In this document: positions 1 through 10,147 of the stretch, one piece after another
How positions within the stretch are numbered: position 1 is the first letter of the stretch
Layout of the letters: each line of letters begins with the position of its first letter
NCBI GenBank assembly: GCA_045643205.1
Contig: JAZUKI010000010.1
Span: 145,608-209,607 of the forward strand
Length of the DNA stretch: 64,000 nucleotides
Direction of reading: 5' to 3'
Origin: Clostridia bacterium
GTDB taxonomy: Bacteria; Bacillota; Clostridia; TANB77; CAG-508
Notes under the pieces: generated by a model
What the model was told of the DNA's origin: nothing
Database searches by the model: none
Seen by the model: only the letters and a program-made list of their open reading frames with translations
Translations under genes and position numbers: made by a program

Positions 1-1
1 T

Positions 2-85
2 TCTGAAGAAGAATTCGAGAGCAATAAAGATGCAATAATTGAAGAGGTGGATAAACTTACAAAAGAATTTCCATTATATAAATAA
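2..85 (+). CDS. glyA: 3' end of serine hydroxymethyltransferase (partial)
   Basis: Frame 2 reads SEEEFESNKDAIIEEVDKLTKEFPLYK*; V..L...FPLY is the typical GlyA C-terminus; next to thyX. Confidence 0.7.
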   Translation, partial: SEEEFESNKDAIIEEVDKLTKEFPLYK

Positions 86-109
86 AATGTATTTTTAATA
101 GGAGGACTT

Positions 110-1252
110 ATGAAAATAAAAGTAATTGCTTCTACAAAAGTAGGATATGAATTACCTAAAAAAGAAGCTGTTGATTTTTCAGGAAAATCAGCTGGAATTT
201 GTTATTTACCAGATACATTAGAAACTTTATTTAATGAACCAATTGAAAAGACTGAAAAAAGAGCTAATATGAATATTAAATCAGGACATCATAGTGTTTT
301 TGCACATGCAGTTTATAACTTAAGCTTTGAAGGCATTCCAAAGATATTAGCAATGATTTTAAATAATGAAAAAGTTTATAATACATCTGAAAAGTCAGGA
401 AGATATACAGTAATGGAGACTACAGATGAAGAACAAGTTCTTTATGAGAAATGGATTGAAATTTTTATGAAAAGAATTTCTGAAGAGTATCCTAGTTTTG
501 ATGAAAAGAAAGTAAGAAAATTAGCACAAGAAAATGCAAGATATTTAATATCAGTTTTCACTCCTGCTACTGTAATGGAGTATTCAACAAATTTTTGCCA
601 ATTAAATTATATTATCAATTTTGCAAAAGATTATATTGAATTTGAACCTGATAATAAGTTTTCAATAAAGTTAAAGGCAGTGTTAAAAGAGTTTATTGAA
701 GCAATGCCTGATCTAGAAGTTGAAGGATTAAATGCAAGATTTAAAAATAGAAAATTTTCAATGTTTGCAACTAGAGAAAGAAAAGAAGAATTTGGTGAAA
801 ATTATTGTATAAATTATAAAGCTACTTTCCCTGGATTTGGACAAGCTCAAAGACACAGAACTTTAATTTATGAAATGAGTCTTTTAGACAAAAATGAATT
901 TTATGTTCCTGAAATAATAAAAAATACTGAGTATGAAGAAGAATGGTTAAAAGACATTACTTCATTAGAAGATAACTTTCCACAAGGAATGTTGATAAAT
1001 GTAAATGAAAGAGGAACAATTGAAAACTTTGTTCTTAAATGCCAAGAAAGACTTTGTGGTGCAGCTCAAATTGAAATAATGGAACAAACAAAAGATACAA
1101 TGAAAAGATATATGGAAGCAGTTAAAGATGATGAAACTTTATATAACTATTTATTACCATATAGTAAGGGAGCAAGATGTACATTCCCAGGATTCACTTG
1201 TACAGCACCATGCATTTTCGGACCAAAGAATGCAATGGATAGAAAAATTTAA
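110..1252 (+). CDS. thyX: FAD-dependent thymidylate synthase-like protein, long two-domain form
   Basis: GHHSVFAH, SEKSGRY, QENARY in the N-half; QAQRHR and ERLCGAAQIEI in the C-half; RBS AGGAGG. Confidence 0.75.
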   Translation: MKIKVIASTKVGYELPKKEAVDFSGKSAGICYLPDTLETLFNEPIEKTEKRANMNIKSGHHSVFAHAVYNLSFEGIPKILAMILNNEKVYNTSEKSGRYTVMETTDEEQVLYEKWIEIFMKRISEEYPSFDEKKVRKLAQENARYLISVFTPATVMEYSTNFCQLNYIINFAKDYIEFEPDNKFSIKLKAVLKEFIEAMPDLEVEGLNARFKNRKFSMFATRERKEEFGENYCINYKATFPGFGQAQRHRTLIYEMSLLDKNEFYVPEIIKNTEYEEEWLKDITSLEDNFPQGMLINVNERGTIENFVLKCQERLCGAAQIEIMEQTKDTMKRYMEAVKDDETLYNYLLPYSKGARCTFPGFTCTAPCIFGPKNAMDRKI

Positions 1253-1291
1253 AAAAATAAATATCACCGGCATAGCCAAAAGTTTATAAAT

Positions 1292-1328
1292 AAAAACATC
1301 AGTTATATAATTGACTGATGTTTTTTTA
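1292..1328 (+). terminator. Rho-independent terminator
   Basis: AAAAACATCAGTTA...TGACTGATGTTTTT hairpin plus T-tract. Confidence 0.8.
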
Positions 1329-1401
1329 TTTATAGATAGCATTTAATAATTTGTTATGTTATTATTATTGTGTATAAGTTTTTTTACGAAAGAGGGTTTA
1401 T

Positions 1402-3099
1402 ATGAGTGATGATATAGACAATGTATTAGAAGGAATTAATTCTGAAAAGGAAGAAAATCCAAATCAAAAAATTGATGATCTAGTTTCACAAGAATTAGGT
1501 GTTGATGAAGATAATCAATATGATTTATCTGAATTTGAAGAAGTTGATACTTCTATGCTTAAAGATACAATTGAATATCCTGAACAATTAGCAGATACAA
1601 CTCTTGAAAGAAAATATTTAGGATTAATTTTAAACGAAATTAAAGCAATTAGTGTTTATAATTTCGATTTTGAACATTGCCGTTTTGCTGATGAAAATTT
1701 GTTAGATGTTTATAAGAAAATTATATTTACAGATGGTGAAAGATATACACCAGTTAGAATTAAGGAAAAATTTAATTTTTCAAGAGAAACAAGAGAACTA
1801 TATTTATTAAAAAATGGCTTAAAAGAAGAATTTGAAGATTGCACTGATTCAATTGAAGATGTATATAGAGAACTTAGTAAAGTATTTATTTTAAGAAAGA
1901 ACTTTTTAGAAATTCCAGTAAAAGCTCTTCAAGCTAAAATTGTTGATATTTTAAATTATGAGTTATATGCAAAAATGACTCCAGAAGATGTTGAAACTGC
2001 TGTAAATCAAGTAACAACAACACAAAAATTCAAGCGAGCAGTTTTAAATAAAGATTTAACAGAATTTTTAAATGAAGGTGATAATACTTTAACTAATGGT
2101 TTAGTAGTTCCATTCCCAATATTAACAAAAGCATTAAAGGGAATAAGAATAGGTGAAACAAGTGCATATTGTATGCCATCTAACTATGGTAAATCAAGAT
2201 TTATGTTAAACTTAGCAGCATTTATAGCAGTTGTTCATAAGAAAAAAGTTTTGGTTATTTCAAACGAAATGTCGCTTGAAAAAATGAAACTTTGTTTAAT
2301 CACAACAATTGTTAATAATCCAATTATGCAAAGACTTCATGGACATAAGTTACATGTTTCTGAAAACCAATTATTAGATTTTAGATTTAGACCTGATGAA
2401 GGTACAAATGAAGAAGTAAATTCAGATGGATTTATGTTTCAAGCAAAAGGAGAAACAAGAGAAGATTATATTAAAAGACTTGAAGCACATTCTAAAGAAT
2501 ATAAAGATGTTTGCGAAGTTACAGAATGGTTTAATGCAAAGCTTTATAATTCAATTCACTTTATAGATATCACTGATCATACAAATGATGAACTAAGAAA
2601 AGTTATAATGAATTACTATTTTAAAGAACAAGTTCATTATGTATTCTATGATACAATGAAGACAGATATCGATAACATTGGAAATGGTGAAGAACTAAAA
2701 AAGACAGCAACAATTTTATCAAACTTAGCACAAAATTATAATATGTATATTTGCTCAACAATGCAAATGCAAGAAACACCTACTGATCCAGTTAATTTAA
2801 CAGTTAATGATTTAGCTGTAAGTAGAACTGTAAAAGAAGTTTTGGATAACTTAATGATGTTCAAACAAATTCACAGAGAAGATTTAGATGATTATGAATT
2901 TTCAAAATCTGATTTATTTGAAAATGTGGAAAGTTTAAAACATTTTAGTGATCCTAATGTTAGATACTATGTTTGTGTTATTGATAAAAATCGTGCTGGT
3001 CCAAAACCAGTATTACTATATAGATTAAACTTAGCTTATAACTATTGGGAAGAACTAGGATACATTCGTCATAAATCAGGAATGTATACTGGATTATAA
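1402..3099 (+). CDS. Divergent DnaB-like (SF4) helicase
   Basis: Walker A MPSNYGKS, ISNEMS (H1a), VFYDTMK (H2), STMQ (H3), DKNRAGPK (arginine finger); acidic N-terminus. Confidence 0.75.
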   Translation: MSDDIDNVLEGINSEKEENPNQKIDDLVSQELGVDEDNQYDLSEFEEVDTSMLKDTIEYPEQLADTTLERKYLGLILNEIKAISVYNFDFEHCRFADENLLDVYKKIIFTDGERYTPVRIKEKFNFSRETRELYLLKNGLKEEFEDCTDSIEDVYRELSKVFILRKNFLEIPVKALQAKIVDILNYELYAKMTPEDVETAVNQVTTTQKFKRAVLNKDLTEFLNEGDNTLTNGLVVPFPILTKALKGIRIGETSAYCMPSNYGKSRFMLNLAAFIAVVHKKKVLVISNEMSLEKMKLCLITTIVNNPIMQRLHGHKLHVSENQLLDFRFRPDEGTNEEVNSDGFMFQAKGETREDYIKRLEAHSKEYKDVCEVTEWFNAKLYNSIHFIDITDHTNDELRKVIMNYYFKEQVHYVFYDTMKTDIDNIGNGEELKKTATILSNLAQNYNMYICSTMQMQETPTDPVNLTVNDLAVSRTVKEVLDNLMMFKQIHREDLDDYEFSKSDLFENVESLKHFSDPNVRYYVCVIDKNRAGPKPVLLYRLNLAYNYWEELGYIRHKSGMYTGL

Positions 3100-3143
3100 T
3101 TAATTTAATTTTAAATTTTTGAATTATTGAAAGGAGACAGTTT

Positions 3144-4028
3144 ATGAAAATTACTCAAGCAGCAGCTTTAGAGAGAATAGCTAGTAGAATAAGAATGGAT
3201 ATAGTTCAAGAAGTATATTATGGAAAGAGCGGTCATTTAGGTGGCGCTCTTTCTTGCGCTGATATACTTTCTGTTTTATATTTCAATGAAATGAATATTA
3301 ATCCAAATGAACCATATGCATTAAATAGAGACAGATTTGTTTTGTCAAAAGGACATGCTTCTGCAGCAATATATGCAACACTTGCAGAGAAAGGTTTTAT
3401 AACAAAGGATGAATTATTAACTTTTAGAAATATTGATAGCAAACTTCAAGGACATCCAGATATGAATAAAGTTCCAGGAATTGATATGACTACAGGATCA
3501 TTAGGACAAGGATTATCAGTTGCTAATGGAATGGCTATTGCTTCAAAAATTGATCAATTAGGAAATAGAGTTTATTGTTTATTAGGTGATGGAGAACTTG
3601 AAGAAGGACAAGTTTGGGAAGCAGCAATGACATCAAGTAAATATGAACTTGATAATTTATGTGTAATTGTTGATTGTAATAAATTACAATTAACATCATC
3701 AACTAACGAAGTTAAAGGATTAAATGCAGAAGATATTGAACAAAAGTTTATTACATTTGGATTTAATACAATGATTATTGATGGTCATAATGTTGAAAGT
3801 ATAATGAAAGCATTTTCTATAGCAGAAGAAACAAAAGGAAAGCCAACTTGCATTATAGCTAAAACTATTAAAGGAAAAGGTGTTTCTTTTATGGAAAATA
3901 ATGTTGAATGGCATGGAAAACCTGTTAATGATGAAGAATATGGTAAAGCAATTTCAGAATTAGCACCAGATTCAGATGCAGAAATTGAATTTCAAAATAA
4001 AATAAAAGAAAATCTTAATAATAAATAG
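3144..4028 (+). CDS. Transketolase, N-terminal subunit
   Basis: SGHLGG, RDRFVLSKGH, LQGHP, GDGELEEG TPP motif. Confidence 0.95.
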   Translation: MKITQAAALERIASRIRMDIVQEVYYGKSGHLGGALSCADILSVLYFNEMNINPNEPYALNRDRFVLSKGHASAAIYATLAEKGFITKDELLTFRNIDSKLQGHPDMNKVPGIDMTTGSLGQGLSVANGMAIASKIDQLGNRVYCLLGDGELEEGQVWEAAMTSSKYELDNLCVIVDCNKLQLTSSTNEVKGLNAEDIEQKFITFGFNTMIIDGHNVESIMKAFSIAEETKGKPTCIIAKTIKGKGVSFMENNVEWHGKPVNDEEYGKAISELAPDSDAEIEFQNKIKENLNNK

Positions 4029-4044
4029 TTAGGAGGCTAATTAA

Positions 4045-4980
4045 ATGAGCGATGAAAAATTAATAGCTACAAGAGAAAGTTTTGGTAAAGCTCTTGCAGA
4101 ATTAAAAGATGAAAATATTGTTGTTTTAGATGCAGACCTTTCTACATCAACTAAAACAAATTTATTTGGAGAAAAATATCCTAATAGATTTATTGAAAAT
4201 GGAATAGCAGAAGCTGATATGATTGGTACAGCAGCAGGTCTTTCAACTTGCGGAAAGATTCCTTTTGCAGCTACATTTGCAGCATTTGCAACAGGAAGAG
4301 TATATGATCAAATTAGAAGTAGCGTTGCTTATCCTAATTTAAATGTAAAAATTGTAGGAACACATAGTGGAATTACAGTCGGAGAAGATGGTGCTACTCA
4401 TCAAATGTTAGAAGATATTAATTTGATGAGAGGTTTGCCTAATATGACAGTTGTTTCTCCATGTGATGATGTTTCAACTAAAAAATTAGTAAAAGAAATA
4501 GCAAAATTAGATGGACCAGTATATTTAAGATTAAGCAGAATGAAAACTCCACAAATATATACAGATGATACTGAATTCAAGGTTGGAAAAGGTATTGAAA
4601 TTGGCGAAGGCATTGATGGAACAATTTTTGCAACAGGAGATATTTTGTCAGAAGTTTTAAGAGCACAAGAACTATTAAAAAAAGATGAAATTGATATAAG
4701 AGTTGTTGATATGTATACAATAAAACCAATTGACAGAGAATTAATTGTTAAATGTGCAAAAGAAACAGGTATATTATTCTCAGTTGAAGATCATAGTACA
4801 ATAGGCGGGCTTGGAAGCGCTGTTGCTGAGGTTTTATGTGATGAATGCCCTAAAAAGTTGCATAGAATTGGAATTAATGATATATTTGGCAAATCTGGAA
4901 CAGAAAAAGATTTATTAAAATATTTTAAATTAGATGCAGAATCAATTTATAAATTTATAAAATCAAAATTTATTGCATAA
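4045..4980 (+). CDS. Transketolase, C-terminal subunit
   Basis: GIAEADM, GEDGATHQ, GGLGSAVAE. Confidence 0.95.
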   Translation: MSDEKLIATRESFGKALAELKDENIVVLDADLSTSTKTNLFGEKYPNRFIENGIAEADMIGTAAGLSTCGKIPFAATFAAFATGRVYDQIRSSVAYPNLNVKIVGTHSGITVGEDGATHQMLEDINLMRGLPNMTVVSPCDDVSTKKLVKEIAKLDGPVYLRLSRMKTPQIYTDDTEFKVGKGIEIGEGIDGTIFATGDILSEVLRAQELLKKDEIDIRVVDMYTIKPIDRELIVKCAKETGILFSVEDHSTIGGLGSAVAEVLCDECPKKLHRIGINDIFGKSGTEKDLLKYFKLDAESIYKFIKSKFIA

Positions 4981-5019
4981 ATTTAATTAATATTAGATGT
5001 TTTAATAGGAGGTATATTT

Positions 5020-6030
5020 ATGAAAATATTATTAACTGGAGGAACAGGATACATTGGATCACATACAGCCGTTGAATTATTAAATGAAGGGTTTGATGTA
5101 GTAATTGTAGATAATTTATCTAATAGCAAAATTGAGGTAATAGATCACATAAAAACTATTACAGGAAAAGAAGCACAATTTTATCAAGGAGATGTTTGCA
5201 ATAAAGAATTTTTAAGTAAAGTATTTGATGAAAACCAAATTGATGCAGTAATTCACTTTGCTGGATTAAAAGCAGTTGGAGAATCTGTTTCAAAACCAAT
5301 AGAATATTATAGAAACAATATAGATTCAACATTAACTCTTATTGAAGTTATGAATGAGCATAAATGCAAAAATATTATTTTCTCAAGTAGTGCTACAGTT
5401 TATGGATTACAAGAAACACCTAAATGTATTGAAACAATGAAAAAACAAACACCATCTAATCCATATGGTAAAACAAAGGCTATGATTGAAGAAATATTAA
5501 AAGATTTATATGTTGCTGATAATGAATGGTCAGTATTTTTACTACGTTATTTCAATCCAGTAGGAGCACATGAAAGTGGATTAATTGGAGATAATCCAAA
5601 TGGTATTCCAAACAATTTAATGCCATATGTTTTAAGAGTTGCAGCAGGAAAATTACCAAAATTAACAATATTTGGTAAAGATTACGATACACCTGATGGA
5701 ACATGCATTAGAGATTTTATCCATGTTGTTGATCTTGCAAAAGCACATACAGCAGCACTTAAGAAGATGCTTAATGTAGACAATGGAACATATATTTATA
5801 ATTTAGGTTCAAATAAAGGACTAAGTGTTCAAGAGCTAATTGATACATTTGAAAGAGTTAATAATCTTAAATTAAATTATGAATATGGTGAAAGAAGAGA
5901 AGGAGATTTAGCTGAATTATATGCCGATGCAACAAAAGCTCTTGAAGAATTAAACTGGAAAACAGAAAAAACAATTGAAGACATGTGTAGAGATTCATGG
6001 AACTTTGCTAAAAACGAGTTTAATCTTTAG
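5020..6030 (+). CDS. galE: UDP-glucose 4-epimerase
   Basis: TGGTGYIGSH, HFAGLKAVGES, YGKTK, LRYFNPVGAH. Confidence 0.97.
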   Translation: MKILLTGGTGYIGSHTAVELLNEGFDVVIVDNLSNSKIEVIDHIKTITGKEAQFYQGDVCNKEFLSKVFDENQIDAVIHFAGLKAVGESVSKPIEYYRNNIDSTLTLIEVMNEHKCKNIIFSSSATVYGLQETPKCIETMKKQTPSNPYGKTKAMIEEILKDLYVADNEWSVFLLRYFNPVGAHESGLIGDNPNGIPNNLMPYVLRVAAGKLPKLTIFGKDYDTPDGTCIRDFIHVVDLAKAHTAALKKMLNVDNGTYIYNLGSNKGLSVQELIDTFERVNNLKLNYEYGERREGDLAELYADATKALEELNWKTEKTIEDMCRDSWNFAKNEFNL

Positions 6031-6045
6031 AAAATAATTATAATA

Positions 6046-6117
6046 AAAGGCTGGTAAGTTATGATGGATACCCTTAATGGTACATTTCATTAATTACCAG
6101 TTTTTTTATATAAAACA
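6046..6117 (+). terminator. Long imperfect hairpin terminator after galE
   Basis: CTGGTAA...TTACCAG followed by T7. Confidence 0.6.
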
Positions 6118-6129
6118 TTAAATTTGTGT

Positions 6130-6158
6130 TTGACAATAATCGTTGTAAGTGGTACAAT
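6130..6158 (+). promoter_or_regulatory. SigA promoter for yebC
   Basis: TTGACA-17bp-TACAAT with extended TG. Confidence 0.75.
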
Positions 6159-6198
6159 TTAAGGGCTTTATGAATAAAAAAATAAGGAGGAATAAATT

Positions 6199-6927
6199 AT
6201 GTCAGGTCATTCAAAATGGCACAACATTCAAGCCAAAAAAGGAAAAGCTGATGCAGCAAGAGGAAAGATATTCACAAAATTAGGAAGAGAAATTTTAATA
6301 GCAGTTAAAGCAGGTGGACCTGATCCCGTTTCTAACTCTAAATTAAAAGATGTTATAGCTAAATGTAAGGCAAATAATATGCCTAATGATACAATTAACA
6401 ATTCAATTAAGAAAGCTTCTGGAGAAGGCAGTGATAAAGTTTACGAAGAAATGGTATATGAAGGATATGGACCAAACGGAGTTGCTGTTTACATTGAAGC
6501 TAGTACAGATAATAAAAACAGAACTGCAGCTGATGTAAGACATGTTTTCGACAAGAGTGGTGGAAACTTAGGTACATCAGGATGTGTTTCATATATGTTC
6601 GATAAAAAAGGTGTTATCGTAATTGATAGATCAACAACTACATTAACAGAAGATGATATCATGATGCTTGCATTAGATGCTGGAGCAGATGATGTTAAAG
6701 CTGAAGATGAAGTATATGAAATTACTACAGCACCAAGCGAATTTTCTAAGGTAAGAGAAACATTAGAAAGCAATGGATTAGAATTCTTAGAAGCAGATGT
6801 CCAAATGATTCCACAAAATACTGTAGAACTTGATGAAGCAGCTGCTGAAAAAATGCAAAGATTAATTGATAACTTAGAAGATAATGATGATGTTATGAAT
6901 GTTTATTCAAACTGGGCTGATCAATAA
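6199..6927 (+). CDS. yebC: YebC/PmpR family protein
   Basis: [25 protein letters not shown]. Confidence 0.96.
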   Translation: MSGHSKWHNIQAKKGKADAARGKIFTKLGREILIAVKAGGPDPVSNSKLKDVIAKCKANNMPNDTINNSIKKASGEGSDKVYEEMVYEGYGPNGVAVYIEASTDNKNRTAADVRHVFDKSGGNLGTSGCVSYMFDKKGVIVIDRSTTTLTEDDIMMLALDAGADDVKAEDEVYEITTAPSEFSKVRETLESNGLEFLEADVQMIPQNTVELDEAAAEKMQRLIDNLEDNDDVMNVYSNWADQ

Positions 6928-6933
6928 TATTAT

Positions 6934-6975
6934 AAATAAAACATGATATGTAGTTTATAATATCATGTTTTATTT
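6934..6975 (+). terminator. Inverted repeat between yebC and ychF
   Basis: AAATAAAACATGATAT...ATATCATGTTTTATTT, 16-bp stem ending just before the ychF RBS. Confidence 0.6.
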
Positions 6976-6996
6976 TTGAAAAGGAGAACAAAATAT

Positions 6997-8085
6997 ATGA
7001 AAATTGGCATTGTAGGATTACCAAATGTTGGAAAAAGTACTTTGTTTAATAGTATTACTCAAGCTGGAGCAGAATGTGCAAATTATCCATTCTGTACTAT
7101 TGAACCAAACGTAGGTGTAGTGCCTGTTCCAGATGAAAGATTAGATGTATTAGGCAAAATGTACGATACTGAAAAAATAGTTCATGCTATAATCGAATTT
7201 GTTGATATTGCAGGACTTGTTAAAGGTGCCAGCAAAGGAGAAGGATTAGGAAATAAGTTTTTATCTCATATTAGAGAAACAGATGCAATACTTGAAGTAG
7301 TTAGATGTTTCGAAGATCAAAACATTGTACATGTTGATGGAAATGTTGATCCAATTAGAGATATTGAAACTATTAATATTGAACTTGAACTTGCAGATTT
7401 AGATACAGTTAATAAAAGAATTGATAGAGCTTCTAAATTAGCTAAAGGAGATAAAAAATATTTAGCTGAAGAAGATGCATTCAAAAAAGTTAGAAAAGTT
7501 TTAGAAGAAGGAAAATTAGCTCACGAAGCAGAGTTAACAGATGAAGAACAAGAATTAATCAAAGATGCTTTCTTACTAACAATGAAACCTGTTTTATATG
7601 TAGCAAATATTTCTGAAGCAGATATGGGAAAACAAGACAACGAATATGTTACAAGAGTTAAAGAATATGCTAAAGAACATAATAGTGGATGCATATCTTT
7701 ATGCGCAAAGATTGAAGAAGAATTATCAGTACTTGAAGGTGATGACAAAAAAGAAATGCTTGATACATTTGGATTAGAATCATCAGGACTTGATAGAGTT
7801 ATTACTGCAAGTTATGATTTATTAGGGTTAATGTCTTTCTTAACTGCAGGTAAAAAAGAAACTCGTGCATGGACTATAAAGAAGGGAACAAAAGCTCCAC
7901 AAGCTGCTGGAAAAATCCATACTGATTTTGAAAGAGGATTTATTAAAGCAGAGATAGTTTCATATAAAGATTTAGTAGATTGCCAAACTTATTTAGCAGC
8001 AAAAGAAAAAGGACTAGTTAGACAAGAAGGCAAAGAATATGTAATGCAAGACGGAGATATTGTAGAGTTCAAGTTTAATGTATAG
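6997..8085 (+). CDS. ychF: Ribosome-binding ATPase YchF
   Basis: GIVGLPNVGKST, NYPFCTIEPN, DIAGLVKGAS; ATG at 6997 after AAGGAG. Confidence 0.97.
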   Translation: MKIGIVGLPNVGKSTLFNSITQAGAECANYPFCTIEPNVGVVPVPDERLDVLGKMYDTEKIVHAIIEFVDIAGLVKGASKGEGLGNKFLSHIRETDAILEVVRCFEDQNIVHVDGNVDPIRDIETINIELELADLDTVNKRIDRASKLAKGDKKYLAEEDAFKKVRKVLEEGKLAHEAELTDEEQELIKDAFLLTMKPVLYVANISEADMGKQDNEYVTRVKEYAKEHNSGCISLCAKIEEELSVLEGDDKKEMLDTFGLESSGLDRVITASYDLLGLMSFLTAGKKETRAWTIKKGTKAPQAAGKIHTDFERGFIKAEIVSYKDLVDCQTYLAAKEKGLVRQEGKEYVMQDGDIVEFKFNV

Positions 8086-8123
8086 TTTAGAAAACTAGCA
8101 GTGGCAAACGCAAGCAAAACCAA

Positions 8124-8209
8124 TGTTACAAAGTTGTAATATTGGTTACAAAAGTGTAAACCATTTTAATAGAAAAAGAGTTGACTATAAAAAACTATAA
8201 GTGTAGAAT
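8124..8209 (+). promoter_or_regulatory. Double WalR-like direct-repeat operator plus SigA promoter
   Basis: TGTTAC-N5-TGTAAT-ATT-GGTTAC-N5-TGTAAA, 20 bp, then TTGACT-17-TAGAAT. Confidence 0.6.
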
Positions 8210-8277
8210 TTTTTTAGTGAAGAAATAATAAAGTTTTCTAAACAAAAGAACATTTGAGAGAAAAAAAGGAGAAAATT

Positions 8278-8652
8278 ATGAAGAAATTAGGAAGTTTAGT
8301 TGTTTTATCATTAGCAGCAGTTGTTGCAGTACTATTTATTAGTGCAAATAGTGTAAAAGCTTCATCACCATATGTTGGAGGACTTAATTTAAATCCAACA
8401 AATAATACAGTAGGAAACACAACAGGTACACCAGCAACACCAGCTAATGAAACAAATAACACTACAAATACTACTCCAACTGTTGATCCAAACGCAATTA
8501 ACACAACAAAAGATAATAACATCAACGATAATTTAACAAAAAATGAGATCAGCAAAACTGGTGAATTTGATACTTATATAATTTCTGGTGTAGCTATCGC
8601 AGTTATCGCTGTTGGTTCAGTTGCATTTATTAAATCTAGAAAACTAGACTAA
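8278..8652 (+). CDS. Small secreted, probably sortase-anchored N/T-rich protein
   Basis: Signal peptide MKKLGSLVV...VKA, N/T/P low-complexity body, ISKTG then hydrophobic helix and KSRK tail; RBS AAGGAG before ATG 8278. Confidence 0.7.
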   Translation: MKKLGSLVVLSLAAVVAVLFISANSVKASSPYVGGLNLNPTNNTVGNTTGTPATPANETNNTTNTTPTVDPNAINTTKDNNINDNLTKNEISKTGEFDTYIISGVAIAVIAVGSVAFIKSRKLD

Positions 8653-8713
8653 TTATAGATTTAATATTATATTTAAGTAACTAGTGAAAAAAGTAATATT
8701 TAAAAGAATTCTT

Positions 8714-8740
8714 AAAGAAGAGCGAAAGCTCTTCTTTTTT
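8714..8740 (+). terminator. Rho-independent terminator
   Basis: AAAGAAGAGC-GAAA-GCTCTTCTTT plus T-tract. Confidence 0.9.
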
Positions 8741-8839
8741 ATGCAAAAATACAATGAAAAAATCTTTAAAAATATTGATTTTACTATACAAAAACTTATT
8801 TCATTATGATAGAATACAAAAAAATAATGGAGGTGTATT

Positions 8840-9535
8840 TTGTATAAAAGAATATTATTAAAACTAAGTGGCGAAGCACTTGCCGGTGAATCAAAAGTAG
8901 GATTAGATGAGAAAGTATTAAATGATACTTGTTTAGAAATAAAAAAGATTCATGATATGGGAGTTGAGATTGCAATTGTAGTTGGTGGAGGAAATTTCTG
9001 GAGAGGAAAATATGGAACATACATGGAAAGAACTTCTGCTGATTATATGGGAATGTTAGCAACAGCAATTAATGCAGTTGCACTACAAGAAGCTCTTGAA
9101 AAAACAGGACTTGAAGTTAGAGTTCAAACTGCAATTGAAATGAAAGAAATTGCAGAACCATTTATACAAAGAAAAGCAATGGACCATTTAAAGAAAAATA
9201 AAATTGTCATTTTTGCATGCGGAACAGGAAATCCTTTCTTTTCAACAGATACATGCGCTGCATTAAGAGCATCACAAATTAAAGCAAATGCAATTTTAGT
9301 AGCAAAAACAATAGATGGAATTTATTCAGCTGATCCAAATGTAGATCCTAACGCTAAAAAATATGATCACATTTCATTTAAAGAATATATTGATCAAGAT
9401 TTAAAAGTTATGGATATAACAGCTATAACATTATGTAGAGACAATAACATTCCAGTTGTTGTTTTTGGAATGAACAAACCAGAAAATTTTGCAAAAGCAA
9501 TAAATGAAGAAAATGTAGGAACTACAGTTTCTTAA
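8840..9535 (+). CDS. pyrH: Uridylate kinase
   Basis: [37 protein letters not shown]; TTG start, RBS GGAGG. Confidence 0.97.
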   Translation: MYKRILLKLSGEALAGESKVGLDEKVLNDTCLEIKKIHDMGVEIAIVVGGGNFWRGKYGTYMERTSADYMGMLATAINAVALQEALEKTGLEVRVQTAIEMKEIAEPFIQRKAMDHLKKNKIVIFACGTGNPFFSTDTCAALRASQIKANAILVAKTIDGIYSADPNVDPNAKKYDHISFKEYIDQDLKVMDITAITLCRDNNIPVVVFGMNKPENFAKAINEENVGTTVS

Positions 9536-9598
9536 TTAAAAGTACGAAAGAAAATGTTTAATAATAAATTATTTTAAAAGCGTTTAAAGGAGGATTTT

Positions 9599-10147
9599 AT
9601 GAGCGCAGAAAATATTGAAAATGAAATGCAAGAAGTTATTGATAGACTTGAAGTTAATTATTCAGAAGTTAGAGCTGGTAGAGCTAATCCAGCAATATTA
9701 AATAAGGTTACAGTTGATTACTATGGAACACCAACACCAGTTAATCAAATCGCTAGTGTTGCAGTACCTGAAGCAAGACAAATTGTTGTTTCACCTTGGG
9801 ATAAAAGTATTTTAAATAAAGTATACCAAGCAATTGAAGCAGCTAATATTGGAATTAATCCAATGAATGATGGAAATGTTATTCGTTTAATTTTCCCAGA
9901 ATTAACTGAAGAAAGAAGAAATGAATTATCTAAAGATATCAAGAAGATGGCTGAAGAAGCTAAGATTGCTATTAGAGCAATAAGAGGCGATGAAATGAAA
10001 GAAGCTAAAAATAAATTAAAAGATAAAGAAATATCTGAAGATGAAGAAAAATTATTAGAAGATAATATTCAAAAAGCTACTGATAAATTCATTGAGACAA
10101 TTGATCAAATTACAGATAAAAAAGTAAAAGAAATTATGACAGTTTAA
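9599..10147 (+). CDS. frr: Ribosome recycling factor
   Basis: RAGRANP, PELTEERR; pyrH-frr synteny. Confidence 0.97.
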   Translation: MSAENIENEMQEVIDRLEVNYSEVRAGRANPAILNKVTVDYYGTPTPVNQIASVAVPEARQIVVSPWDKSILNKVYQAIEAANIGINPMNDGNVIRLIFPELTEERRNELSKDIKKMAEEAKIAIRAIRGDEMKEAKNKLKDKEISEDEEKLLEDNIQKATDKFIETIDQITDKKVKEIMTV

